In this document: one piece after another, positions 25,717 to 38,152 of the stretch | Layout: every line of letters starts with the position of its first letter | Numbering within the stretch: position 1 is the stretch's first letter | Origin: Camelus dromedarius | Lineage: Eukaryota | Assembly (NCBI RefSeq): GCF_036321535.1 | Contig: NC_087436.1 | Location: 49,106,001 to 49,170,000 of the forward strand | Direction of reading: 5' to 3' | DNA: 64,000 bases | Translations under genes and position numbers: made by a program | Notes under the pieces: model-generated | What the model saw: only the letters and a program-made list of their open reading frames with translations | Told to the model about the DNA's origin: nothing | The model's database searches: none

Positions 25717-26199
25717 GTAAGTCTGTAACTTTCCAGAAACAGAAGTAAGTCAGTGTGTCATTGGAGTTCTTAGAATTTAAAAGAGGCTTGTGTAAAGCAC
25801 AATGTATATATTGGGACTTAAATTTATATGTTTCATTTTTTTATTCTTGCTCCTTGGAATATAAAGGGCAGTCCAATATGATTGTGTCTAAGTTGTTCCT
25901 CCTCATGTTGCTAGGAGGAATGAGAGAAAGAAAGGAATGTGGACGGACAAATGATACTTCAGATTAAGAAAGTACTTCCTATGGGGTTCCTTCTTCCTCC
26001 CATCTTCCCTTTCTCCCTTCCTTCTTTTTCTTAAATCTCTCTTTTATTTGAGTAGCAGGAAAAAAACTAAAGAAGGGGAGTGTTCATCAAGGACATAAGC
26101 TGTTTCTATACCTAGTTTTTGTTCTGTCTTGTACAAAGGAAGGGAAAGATAACTGCCCTCTCTCTAACAAAGTTTTGATGTCCCAGAATTTAAGTTGCA

Positions 26200-26445
26200 G
26201 AAAGAGCTTGGTATGATGAAGAGTTGACTTCCCCTGGAGTCATAGACTTCAGCTTGCCATCTGGCTATGCTGCTTCCTACTGAGTGACTTTGGGTAGATC
26301 ATTTAACTTCTCTGAATTTCAGTTTGCTCATCTGTCCGTGGAGGTAATTATACTTACTTGTGAGGTTGTTGACAGTATATGAGATTTACTTAAAGCATCT
26401 GGCTGTCACATATCGAGCGTTGAATATATGGCCACTGTTATTATT
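26200..26445 (+). mobile_element. MIR SINE
   Basis: gtgactttgggtagatcatttaacttctctgaatttcagtttgctcatctgt. Confidence 0.75.
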
Positions 26446-29400
26446 CTTTGACCAATTATTCCCCCTGTTTTTCTAGCCTTTTTCCTTTCAGGCTTATCCT
26501 TATTCAGGATCTTTGTTTTTTCCTAGACCTCCATTCTTATCCCAACTGGAAATATACCGTTTCTGAATTGACTAATACTCATTAACTCATGTTTTAACCT
26601 CTCTTAATTTCTGTGTGTTTGAAACCTTTTCCTGCACATGGAACGGCAAGAGTGATTTTATGCCGGTCTTGCTTGTAATTGAGAAAGGAAGGGGTCTGAT
26701 AGGGTGAAGTACAAATAGCCTCAGGGTCAAAACTAAAACTTGAAAACCGCAATTAAAATATGAGACTTGAGCCTATAATATGTACATAATAATGTCTACT
26801 AGGACAGCACCATATATATTTGTTATCTGTCCATTGTTTTACCCTGGGTTTCTTTATTACCATATTTCTCTTATATATATGTAACAAAAATAAATAAATA
26901 CCAAGTTTAAAAATTTTTAATACATTAGCTGCTCCTCAAATGAGAACTGATAATATAATGCTGCCACAGCCAGCAAAAGCAAATCATCCAGCTGATTCAT
27001 TTGTGATGTGTCACACTAAGGTCATGACACTCTACTGAGAGCTGTCCCTTTAAACTGGAGAGGCTGAGAATGAAACTAGTCTATAGCCCAGTACTGTTGG
27101 CGATGTGATCAATATTTTAAACTCCCTAACATATGCCAAACACTGGTGCCTGTCCTAATACACATTATTATTCTTAATTTAGAAGAATCTCAAAGGATTT
27201 AAATAATTTGCCCAAGTCTGCACATTTAGTAAGTAGTAGAACTATCATTTGAACTCATTTCAATCTGATTATTATCCATGGTCCATACTATACTGAGCAC
27301 TTCATTTTTGTAGTAATTTGCAGTATTTGTAACTAGCAGTTTTGAAACCAGATTTCACAGGCTAAGTACCTTACTTCTTCTAGAGTTTCTTAAGGATTAG
27401 AATGAAGCATTTTAATTCTATTTTCACCTTATTTCTGTTTGCATCCAGAATGGAGATGACTTTGTACTTTGGGCAACATCTTCTAAATTCTTGTTGTGTA
27501 GACTTGTACAGAAAGGCATGCAGAAAAGCTGAGGCCTATTAAGGTTGAGAGGAAATTATCAAACTAGAATAATTAAGATAAGAAATGCTTGTTTTGAAGG
27601 AAAAAAGATCTTTCTTTCATTACATTAAAAAGTGAATACATATATTATCTTCATCTTAAATACAACAATGCTTCATAATGTTTTTAAAATCTTTAAAGAC
27701 TAGGTGAGTATTATTGACATATGCTCTAAAATGGTAGCTGACATCGTGCTCTGTGTTTATTTCCCGGGTGAATGAGGTATACGGGGGGAAATGGAAGCTG
27801 TTTACACCAAGGATGTTTGCATATTGTTCACAGGGGAGAGCACCAGTACCTGAAGAGCTCTTACGTATCTAGATTTTGTAAAGTACATTCTGTAGTTTTA
27901 AGAGTTATGAGTGTTTTCTTTTATGACTTCTCATTCCTTTTACCTGCATGTTACTGTAATATATTCCACATTTCTTCTCTTTTCTCTCTTATTTTATAGT
28001 GACCCAAGAAAAAACTGTAGGCGCAAATTGAAAGGCTGAAGAGATTGCAGTATAAATTTTTTTTTTTAATCCTAAATCATAGAATACTAGGTAACCTGTG
28101 AATCAGCATTTATTTTTAGCAGTCAGTTGTGGTTTCGTTGTAGTCATGAGGAGAGGCCAGCTCATGGTCCTAGTACTCTGCCATCTTCTCAGCTTTTATT
28201 TTCAATTTAAGCTCAAGTTTTGGCTTATATTTATTCTATCTCTCTAACATCACCCAGCTATTTTCTCACACAATTTCAGACAAAAGACAGAGTTTCTGTT
28301 GTCCTGCTGCTCAAGCAAATATTAATGGGCGGACATCATTCCTCGTCTTCCCTTTTCTTCTTCACTACTTAGCCTAGTGCGCTGTCTGTGCTTTATCAAC
28401 ACCTCTAAAGGGGGCTTTGAGGGGCTGAGAGACGCTCGGGCATTACGAGAGTTGAAAGCATCCTAAATTTGTGAAGGAATTTTCACAAAATCAGTTTATG
28501 TGACTTGATTACTCTATTTAATAGTTTTATCTTGTATCATCATAATTCATCTTCTAAAGGTGCTTAACTTATAATTCAGGGGGAGCTGAAGCATTGTAAG
28601 CATGTGGCATATTTTATAGAATGTTACAGGTTAAAAATAGAGCCTTGGCAAGGGCGAGGAAGCCTCAGAAGGAAAGGCAGCAACTTCATGGTTTTGAGAT
28701 TGGGAGAAGCGTCTCTAGGACAGCTTACGGCTTTAGTAGAGTGAGGTAAAGCTATGTGTTTGCATTCCTATGATTAAATAAACATTAGCTAATGGAAATT
28801 GACAGTTTGGTGCTGTTGTGTCTACTGGACATCTTTGAAAATTAATTAACAGTAATTTCAAGTCAAGCACCCTGTAAACATTTTACTGTGTGTCACTCCC
28901 ACATGTACCCTCTAAAAATCATGAATATAAGATCTTGAATGGCATTTTTTTAATTATAAGAAATAGTCATATACTTGGGGGAAAAAACTCAGAAATATAA
29001 AAAAGGTGTATCAAACATCCTCCGTCCCTCTTCTCAAACCCCACCCACCCGTCTGACTTCTCACATCTTCTCCCCGTATGGTTTTTAGTTCTCTTGAGTG
29101 GTTGCTCCTCTTCTGTGAACAACGTGCTCACACCTCTGTTTCTTAATTTATGTCTTTTCCTTGCTGACCCAACTTGCTGCTTTGAAAGATTAGGAATCTA
29201 ACGTCTTACACATTTCTCAGTTTGGTTACCCTATTTCTTCTCCTGTTATCTTAGTAACTCTAGGTATTACACTTCAAGCTGTATTTATGGCTTCATTAAT
29301 TTTGAACACTAACTCGTGGCTGCCCCGTGTCAAGCCAGGGCACTGAGGTTTCCGTACTTCTTCTCTGTCCCCTGCTACCCGGCTTCCCTCAGCTATGAGT

Positions 29401-31045
29401 CCTACAGCTTCAGCATTTATAATGTGTAAGTTCTTCTTTAACTATAACTGTTTTTCTTATTTTATCTCTTGAATCTGAAAATTGAAAACCAATAACTAGC
29501 GTTCACGGTGTTTATGTGCATATTATTTACTTGGTTTATCGTACTGTTTACGTGGACAGGCTGTATTCTCAAGCCCGCTGCATAGCTGTCATCATGGGGT
29601 GTCTTCTCATCGCCTTTCTGGGTTATTAGTTTTGTCCTTTCTTACATTCTTTCATGTACTCTACTTTCCTTTCTCATTGTTAGCTGGCCCACATTTTCAA
29701 AAATTTTTACAGAAAATGCATGGGAGATTGATTTCATACATGTCAGAGTCCATACATGTCAGAAATGGTTTATTTTGTTCTGTTTTGGGTTTTTTTGGTC
29801 AACTTCTTAAATAGCTTTAAATATCTAATGTAGGAACTTCAAATATAAACGATATGAATTAAAAATCACAAAGGAGTAAGTGATTTTTTTTTTCAACAGT
29901 TTAAACATTTGCTATCTATACTTCTTGGCATTTTTATTCAATAGGAGGAAGGATTAAAAAAATGTAGGGAAGGGTATCTAGATAGAAATTTTTTTTTAAT
30001 TATGTAATTTTCTGAGGATGTGTGTAATACAGAAATTTATAGAGAAAATTTTTTATTATTTCCTATACATCCTTATTGTTATTTAGACATTTAAAAAATA
30101 ACTCGCTCCTGTTAATTTCCACTACCTTAAGAGAAAGAAGCTGGGTTTTTTTTCAGTCGGTACCTCTTTTTTCTTTTTTGAAAATAAAGTCTGTTTTAAT
30201 TTATAGACAATAGACTCATTATCTATCTGTATATTTTTTGCTGTATTTATCTGGACACATTTAAGTTATGATTCTGCAAGGAAGTTCTGGGATTGTTTTA
30301 TTTGTTAAGAAATAACTTCTTTGATCCTAAGGGACATGTGCAGACTTCGGTAGACGCTAATATTCTGTTTTAATGTTTATAGTTGTTTTTTTTAACTTTG
30401 ACATGACTGAACTAAAACTAGCCATTGCATTAGAGAACATGTTTCAATTAAAAAGAAACTATGGTTGCTGGCTCTATTTCTGTAATTTTAACATTATTAT
30501 TTAAATCTTCAAGTTTTGCCTTCTGAAACTGGAGTTAGCCACTTTCAGAATCTAAAAAAATATATAAATAATATTTGAGGACAAGTTCCATGTACTTCCT
30601 GATAGAAAATTGGTCAGTTTGACTGGCTCATTAACACTTCAAGAGCACCAAGACCATTTAACGCACTGTAATTAGGTTCCAGCCCCTAATGCTCTTAATG
30701 GTACTTTAATGGCCTGAAAGAGTTATTAAAACTCCGGGCACCTAAATTGTTACTAGAGGATGCTTTGGCTGTTACAGATAATAGCACTTGGTTATGAAAT
30801 AACCAAGTTCAGAGCTTCTTAAGAAGATTGAGATGCTAGGGTATGCATAATCTTTCTCTTGGTTAAATTAACCACCTTCTATAATGTAGAGCTTCGAATA
30901 TTCACCAGATGTTTGAGCCTCTTCAGAACTGCCAGTGATGCCTAAGGACCTTATGTCAGGTGAAGTAATGTCATGAGTAGGTAATTTAAACCTAGAAGCT
31001 GTATTAACTCGCAGAACAATAAAGATTTCTTTTGCTTGGTCTTTA

Positions 31046-31182
31046 TTTTTTTGTATTTATTTACTTTTTTGGTGGGAAAGGGAGGTAGTTGAGCTTTATT
31101 TTTAGGGGAGGTACTGGGGATTGAACCCAGGACCTCATGTAATGCTAAGCATGTGCTCTACCACTTGAGCTATAGCTTTCCC
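31046..31182 (-). mobile_element. tRNA-derived SINE (camelid Vic-1-like)
   Basis: gaggtactggggattgaacccaggacctc...ctctaccacttgagctata contains the reverse-complemented A and B boxes; T-rich tail; TSD core tggtcttta at 31037-31045 and 31187-31195. Confidence 0.85.
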
Positions 31183-34006
31183 TGTCTGGTCTTTAAATAA
31201 ATTAAAACTGTCTGTTGTCCTATAATAACTATTGCCTGTGCAGTGACTTTCAAGGTTTAAAAAATTAAAAAACAAAAATTGAAATCAGAACAATTATATT
31301 GATGTAGATACATTCTGGGATGAATAAATTACATGAGTAATAAGGGAATTCTGTAAAATGAAGCAGTTGGAACTTTTTCAAGGACAAGCATTACACTTGT
31401 CCTGAAATTATCAGAATTTATATGTATTTCATATTTGTAGAATTTGAACTTACATTTAGAGAAATTACCATAAAGGTCAAATAAAACTATGTAGTTTCTT
31501 TTATTTTCTTTCAAGGCAGGAATAAACACATGGAAACCGAATCTATTTGACTTAAATTTTCATGTACTATAAACACTTCAAGTGTTCCTGCAATTGTTAT
31601 TTTAAAAATAAGCCATATTTATATGGCATTTGATTTCTTTACTTCCTAAAATACAAGTTAATATTGTCATTTACGGAAAAAAATAGGGAATAGCACAGTA
31701 CTCTTAAGGGAAAATATGCTCATGTTAACTTTTGTAACCGGAAAGAACAGAGTTCAGTTTGCTTTCCTTTGCATGTACTCTTTGGCTCAGAAAGGGGCTG
31801 GCATGTCACCATCATTATCCTAAAAGCTCTGACATTTCTGGAGCAATTATTGCATGTCTAGGAACTGTGCTGGATACTTCTTTTGGAGTATCTGTTTAAT
31901 GTTTACCCAAGTCCAAGCAAGGTGTGCTAGTGTTCCCTTCTTTTTCTTCAGATTAGGAAACTGAGGCACTGGTGGGGGCAGTTGGTGACTGTCTCTAAAG
32001 TCACATGGGAGCTACTGGAATCCAGTTGGGCTCTTCACCATTGCATTGCACTTCCCCTCTGAAAAATACTTGTGGCCTCAGACAGAATTGCTTTCTGGGA
32101 GCACTGACCACTTGCTCTTAAATAATTTACGCATCAGTGGGATAATTATGATTAGAAGACCCAGTAAAAAGATGGCTCTTTTGATCTTCATTCCTTTGAT
32201 TTCATCAATGAGTGTGGCTTAATAGGCAGGGTGTATAGGCATGGGGTGTGGAGGAGGCAGTTGAAGAATAGGGACAAATCAAGTAAAATGTCCTATAATT
32301 AAGAAGATTAAATTAAATTACTGGGAATCTTTTGCCTCTTTTTTGAAACTTGACCTCTTCCAATTTTTTTTTTTTCACGTTTCTGTCATGTTCCTACAAT
32401 ATGGTGAAGAGTAAGGGAAGCCTAAATAAGTCCGTCTCTCGTGTGTACTAGTTATCTGACCTGGGAAAACTCACATAACCTCTGGAAGCTTTAGTTTCTG
32501 CATCTCTGAAGTTGCGGGGTTGATCCTCTAGTGAGTAGATGATTCCTAGACTTCTCTAAATTTTGGTTGTTTTAGGAAGTATTTTAATCCATTACTTTTA
32601 GCCTGTCTTCTTCTAAAGTAGAAAGACCTAAAATATCTTCAAAGTTAGTGCTGAAGGCACAATTTAAATTAAAGGATCATGGGATAGATTTCTTGGGGAC
32701 ATTGGCACATTTTTAGGTACTTTAGGGAAGCTGTTAAGTGATGAAGCTGAAATTTCAGTGAAGGTCTCCTGACCCAAAGCCTAAAATTTTAGCCACTTGG
32801 TTGTATGCTTCCAATTAAAATTAGATTAGAAAACCATTTGGATTTCTATGTACAAGGCACCCGGACGGTTTTCATTTTATTGGTCACATAAAATTTCCCA
32901 TGAAGTGGTAATGAATATTTATATTTTGGGAAAGAAATCTACCAAGTCTTTTCTAAGAAGTTTTTCTGATATAATACAAATAGGCTTCTATATAGAATTA
33001 TTCTGTTCGATTTTAACTTTGAAGTCTGTTAATTTCCATTTGTCATGATGTTAGAATATATTTTCAATACAGGTATTGATAAGAGTAGAATTTGTAGAAA
33101 AGGAGAATGGAGAAGGAAAAGGCAACTAAAATGAAGGATTCTGTTCACTAGTCTGTGTGCTCTTAAGCACCGGAGCACAGAACAGCATGGAAGACATAGA
33201 ACCTTTTAGTACTTCCGAGGAAGCGCAACTATTAAAACACTTCTCTGAGCTGGAACCTCTATCTGTGATGCAGAAAGTGCAGGGATTATTTCTTGTGAAT
33301 GTTTATAAAGTGTCATTAAAAAACATATGTTCACGCTTCCTGCAGACTTTGTTTAGAGGCCAGTTGTCCACATGTTTAGCTGTGAGCAGCATCTGCAGAA
33401 CTGGCATGAGGGCTCTGTGCCTTGACATCACTTCCGTTGGTAGCATCCCACAGCGTTTGAACCTCCTTTTTTCTTTTTTTCCTTATATATATATATTTTT
33501 AATTCTCTTTGGCCAGAATTTCAAGCATGAGCACATTTTCTAGTATTTTTTTAAATAATATGGACAAGGAGATGTGGCATGACATTTATGTTGCTGGTTT
33601 TTAATCTAAAAATAAAAATCCTCGGCTGATTGCATGCTTTTCTCCCTTTCCTGTTGTGGTTTGGTGGAAATAATGCCAATGAAAACAGCATTTTGTTTTG
33701 TTTTCTCTAGAACTTCTTCGTGGAAGTACAGGTGGTTCTCAGTGTGGAGATGTGGGTGGCAAGTTAGAGATGTGAATGTATCTACAGTTTGATCAATCTC
33801 TCTGGGTGATTCTCATGGGTTCCTCCAAGTTTAGGACCACTCCATTAATCTATCCTTCTTTGCTGGTTGGAGGATCTAGTCTTGGAACTAGAATAATTGT
33901 TAACACTTTTGATATTCGTCCAGTTAGGAAATGTTATCACCTGATCAAATTTGATGACATTCTTCTCTCCACACATAGGCCTGTCGTCCCATATTTAAAG
34001 CTAGCA

Positions 34007-34223
34007 CAGTTGACCCGTGAACAACTTGGGGATTAGGGGTGCCGAGCGTGCACGGTTGAAAATCCGCTGGTAACTCTACAGTTGGCCCTCCATGTCTGCA
34101 GTTCAGGCTTCCTCAGATTCAACCGTCCATGGACCATGTAGTACAGTAGTACGCATGTTGAAAATACCCACATGTAGGGGGACCTGCGTAGTTCAAACCC
34201 GTGTTATTCAAAGGTCCATGCTG
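34007..34223. mobile_element. MER8-like Tigger MITE
   Basis: cagttgacccgtgaacaac...gttcaaacccgtgttattcaaaggtccatgctg, followed by TA. Confidence 0.75.
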
Positions 34224-34369
34224 TACTGAGGTTACTCTATTCCCTTCCAGATTTTGAGTAAATTATTTAACCCCATGGAGCCCTAGTTTCCTAATTTACA
34301 TATAGGAAATAGTGATACCTAATATACAGGTTTTGAAGTTTCAATGACATACTATTACTGAGCATTTAA

Positions 34370-35530
34370 AGGGTTTGTTTGTTTGCCAGTCTAATAGATG
34401 GAAATGGTATTTTGTTTTAATTTTGCACTTTTCTGCTTGATGCTGGGATAGAACATCTTTTTCATATATTTATTGGCTATTTGTGTCTTCCCTTCTGTGA
34501 ATTGCCTGTGCGTGTTGCCCTCCATTTTCGTACTGAGTTGACATATTCTTTTGCTATATGGCAGTTGCTTGGATTTTTTGGATATTAATTCTTTATTATT
34601 TAGGTTGCAAATATTTTCTCTCTATCTGCAGAGAAACTGTTGCCTTTTGGCTTACAGATATTTTGAATTTTAAATTTTGATGTATTCTATCAATCATTTT
34701 TATACATGATGCTAGTAGCATTTTGATTCTTGTGTAAGGATTTCTTACCCCATAGTCAAAAAGTTGTTTTTCTTTACTTCTTTTTTATTCTTTTATGTTT
34801 AAAATTTTTTACAGTTGGATCTTTAATCCATGTGAAATTCAGGTTTTTCCATATAAACAAACTTTCCCATTATCTCTTAACAGAAAAATTTGTTTTCTTC
34901 CTACTGTTTTGAAATGTCTCCTTTATAGTGTATTATAGTCTTATTTATGCAGATAATTTGCTTCTGGATTCTATTTGGTGTCAGTGGTCTATTTCTGTTC
35001 CCACTCCATGTTATTTTAATTACTGTAGCCTCATAATAAAAATATATATAAGACAAATCCTCCTCCTGTTTTTCTACGTTTTCAAAGGTATTTGGTTTTT
35101 CTTATGCCTTTATTCTTTTTTTTTTTTTTGATTAATAGACTTTATTTTTTTAGAGCAGTTTCAGGTTCACAGCAGAATTGAGCAGAAAATACAAAGAGTT
35201 CACACATAGCCCTCCCCACCCACACATATCTACTCCCCTACCCTCAACATCCCTCATCAGTGTGGCATATTTGGTACAATTGATGAACCAGCATGGACAC
35301 ATTATTATCTTATGCCTTTATTCTTTGTTGTAAATTTTTGGAATCACTTGTCAGGGATTTCTGCTGTCTTTAAAATATTAAATTTTCACATTAATGAATA
35401 TGATATGTTTATTTCTTCAGTTATTCAGACTTTCTTGTATGTCTTTTAGTAAATTTATGTAGATTTACCAAGGAAGGTCTTGTTACATTTCATTTTAAGT
35501 TTGTGTCTAGATGTTTAATATTAATTTTTC
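34370..35530 (-). mobile_element. Old L1 (L1ME-like) ORF2 remnant, interrupted by a younger L1 3' end
   Basis: gaacatctttttcatatatttattggctattt; ggatctttaatccatgtg. Confidence 0.6.
35119..35307 (-). mobile_element. L1 (L1MC-like) 3' end with a perfect 19-bp TSD
   Basis: Poly-T, then tagactttatttttttagagcagtttcaggttcacagca; TSD tcttatgcctttattcttt at 35100-35118 and 35308-35326. Confidence 0.88.
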
Positions 35531-36802
35531 TACTACAGAAGCTTTGTATAATGCCTGGCATGTTATAGGTGCTCAATAATTTTTTTAAATTGATGAATAA
35601 ATGAATATATGCATGTATATATTGATAAAAAAAACATATTTTGAGCAAAGTTTGAAAATAATTTCAAAATAGGTGCTTTTTCACTTTAAAGTAAGAAAAC
35701 ATTTGTACTTTTAACAATTGTAGTTGTGTTTCTTGCACAGTGTACCTGTACATTGCCCGAGACACATATTCTTTGGCATAGGAGTTCTTTCTCTTGCATA
35801 GTGCTTTGGAGATTCATGATATTGTGTGTAGCCAGTGTAGTTTGTTCTATTTTATTGATGAATAGTGTTCCACTGTGTAGCTACACCACGGTTTATCCAT
35901 CCTCCTGTTGATGAAAATTTGGATTTTCAGTCTTGGGCTAACACAAGTAAAGTTGCTATGAACATTGAAATATATAGGTCTTTGTGTGAACATATGTTTC
36001 CGTTTCTGTTAGGGAAGTACCAAGGAATACGGTTACTACGTCAGATGGTAATTATATGCTTAATATCACAAGAAACTGTCAAACTTGACTAAAGTGGCTA
36101 TATTTTGCATTTTCACCAGCAAGTTGTATGAGAGATCCATTTGTTCTCAGAACCCCTATCCATCCTTTATGCTTTGATTTTGTATTGTCTTAAATAATAA
36201 TATGCCTTTTTAAAAATTAAGAGGAGAAACACATACACACATATATATTCTTTTATATTTACCCATGTTTTGACATTTTTATACTCATGAATTTTATTAC
36301 TTCTTGAAGATCTGTAGTTTCCATCTGATGTTATTTCACTTCAACTTGAAGACTTAGCATTTTTTGTATTGCAGTTCTGCTGGTGATGAATTCTATCCAT
36401 TTTAATTGATCTGAAATTGCCTTTGTCTTGGAATTGTACTCTAACTGGATATAGAATTTTGAGTTACAGGGATTTTTGTAAAGATTTTCCGTTTTCCTTG
36501 GGCCTCCATTGTTTTTGATGTCTATAATGTGTTGTTACCCAGTATATAATACATTGTTTTCTCAGACTGTTTTAAAGATTTTATCCCTATTTTTTGATTC
36601 AGCAATTTTTCTGTAATATCCTAAGTTTTGCAATATCCTTTCCTTTATGTATATCCTCCTTAAGGTCTCCTGAACTTTATGGATCTGTAAGTTTTCGTTT
36701 TTGCCACATTTAGAAAATTACTTGCTATTGTTTTTCATTTTTTCACCCCATATTCTCTTGCCTTCATTCTGAGACTCATAATAAACATATTTTAGACCAC
36801 TT

Positions 36803-38152
36803 ATAATAATAAATTATTCTATAAATCCCAGGTGTACAACATTATAATTCAGCATCTGTGTACACTACAGAGTGATCACCAAATGTCTACTTGCCATCCA
36901 TAACCATACGCTTGACCCCCTTCACCCATTTCCCCCAACCCCTTCATCTCTGGTAATGATGGTCTAATCTCTGCATCTGACATTGTTTTTGTTTTGTTTG
37001 TTCATTTGTTTTGTTTTTTGTTTTTTTAGATTCCACGTGTGAGTAAAATTATACAGTATTCGTCTTTGTCCCTCTGACTTATTTCAATTGGCATAATACC
37101 TTCAAGATCCATCCACGTTGTTCCAAGTGGCAGGATTTCATTCTTTTTTTATGACTATAAGTATTATTCCATTGTGTTTATATACCACATCTTCTTTATC
37201 CATGCATCTGTTGATGGACACTTGGGTTATTCCCAGATCGTGGCTGTTGTAAATAATGCTGCAGTGAACATAAGGGTTGTATATACCTCCTCAAATTAGT
37301 GTTTTCATGTTCTTTGTATAAATACCCAGGAGTGGATTAGCTGGATCATATGGTAGTTCTATTCTTAATGTTTTCAGGAATCTCCATACTATTTTCTGTA
37401 ATGCCTGCACCAATTTACAGCCCTGCCAGTAGTGTACAAGGGCTCCCTCTTCTCTACATTCTCTCCAACACTTGTTATTTCTTGTTTTTGAGAATAACCA
37501 TTCTACAGGTGTGAGGTGATATCTCATTGTGGTTTTGATTTGCATTTCCCTGATAATTAGTGTTGTTGAACATCTTTTCATGTGCCTATTGGCCATCTGT
37601 ACATCGTCTTTGGAGAAATATATATTCAAGTTTTTTGCCTGTATTTTAATTGGAGTTTTGTTGTTGTTGTTGAGTTGTATGAGTTCTTGATATATTTTGG
37701 ATATTAGCCCATTATCAGATATGTGATTTGCAAATAATCTTCTCCCATTCAGTAGGTAGCCTTTTTTATCATTTCTTTTTTGGGAGGCTGGGGGAAGGTA
37801 ATTAGGTTTATGTATTTTTTTAATGGAGGTGCTGGAGATTGAACCCAGGACCTCATGCATGCTAAGCATGTCTACCACTGAGCTGTACCCTCGCCTCTTG
37901 CCTTTTCATTTTGATGATATTTCCTTTGCTGTGCAAAAGCTTTTTAGTTTGATGTGGTCCCTTTCGTTATTTCTGCTTTTGTTTCTCTTGCGTTTGGAGT
38001 CAGATCCACAAAAATGTCATTAGATCCACAAAAATGTCATTAAGGCTGATATCAGTGAGATTACAGCCTGTTTTCCTCTAGGAAGTTTATGATTTCAGGT
38101 CTTACATTCCAAATCTTTAATCCATTTTGAGTTAGTTTTTGCATATGGTGTA
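36803..38152 (-). mobile_element. 5'-truncated L1 with TSD, inserted in an older L1 remnant
   Basis: ORF 37291..37878 carries L1 ORF2 C-terminal sequence ([15 protein letters not shown]); TSD tttagaccactt at 36791-36802 and 38153-38164. Confidence 0.9.
37770..37897 (-). mobile_element. tRNA-derived SINE (Vic-1-like) nested in L1
   Basis: ggaggtgctggagattgaacccaggacctcatgcatgctaagcatg...ctaccactgagctgtaccc; flanked by duplicated gcctttt. Confidence 0.88.

Noticed and set aside
37291..37878. 195-aa ORF, the longest in the track
   Set aside because: It is a chance fusion of a SINE and decayed L1 ORF2, not a gene.
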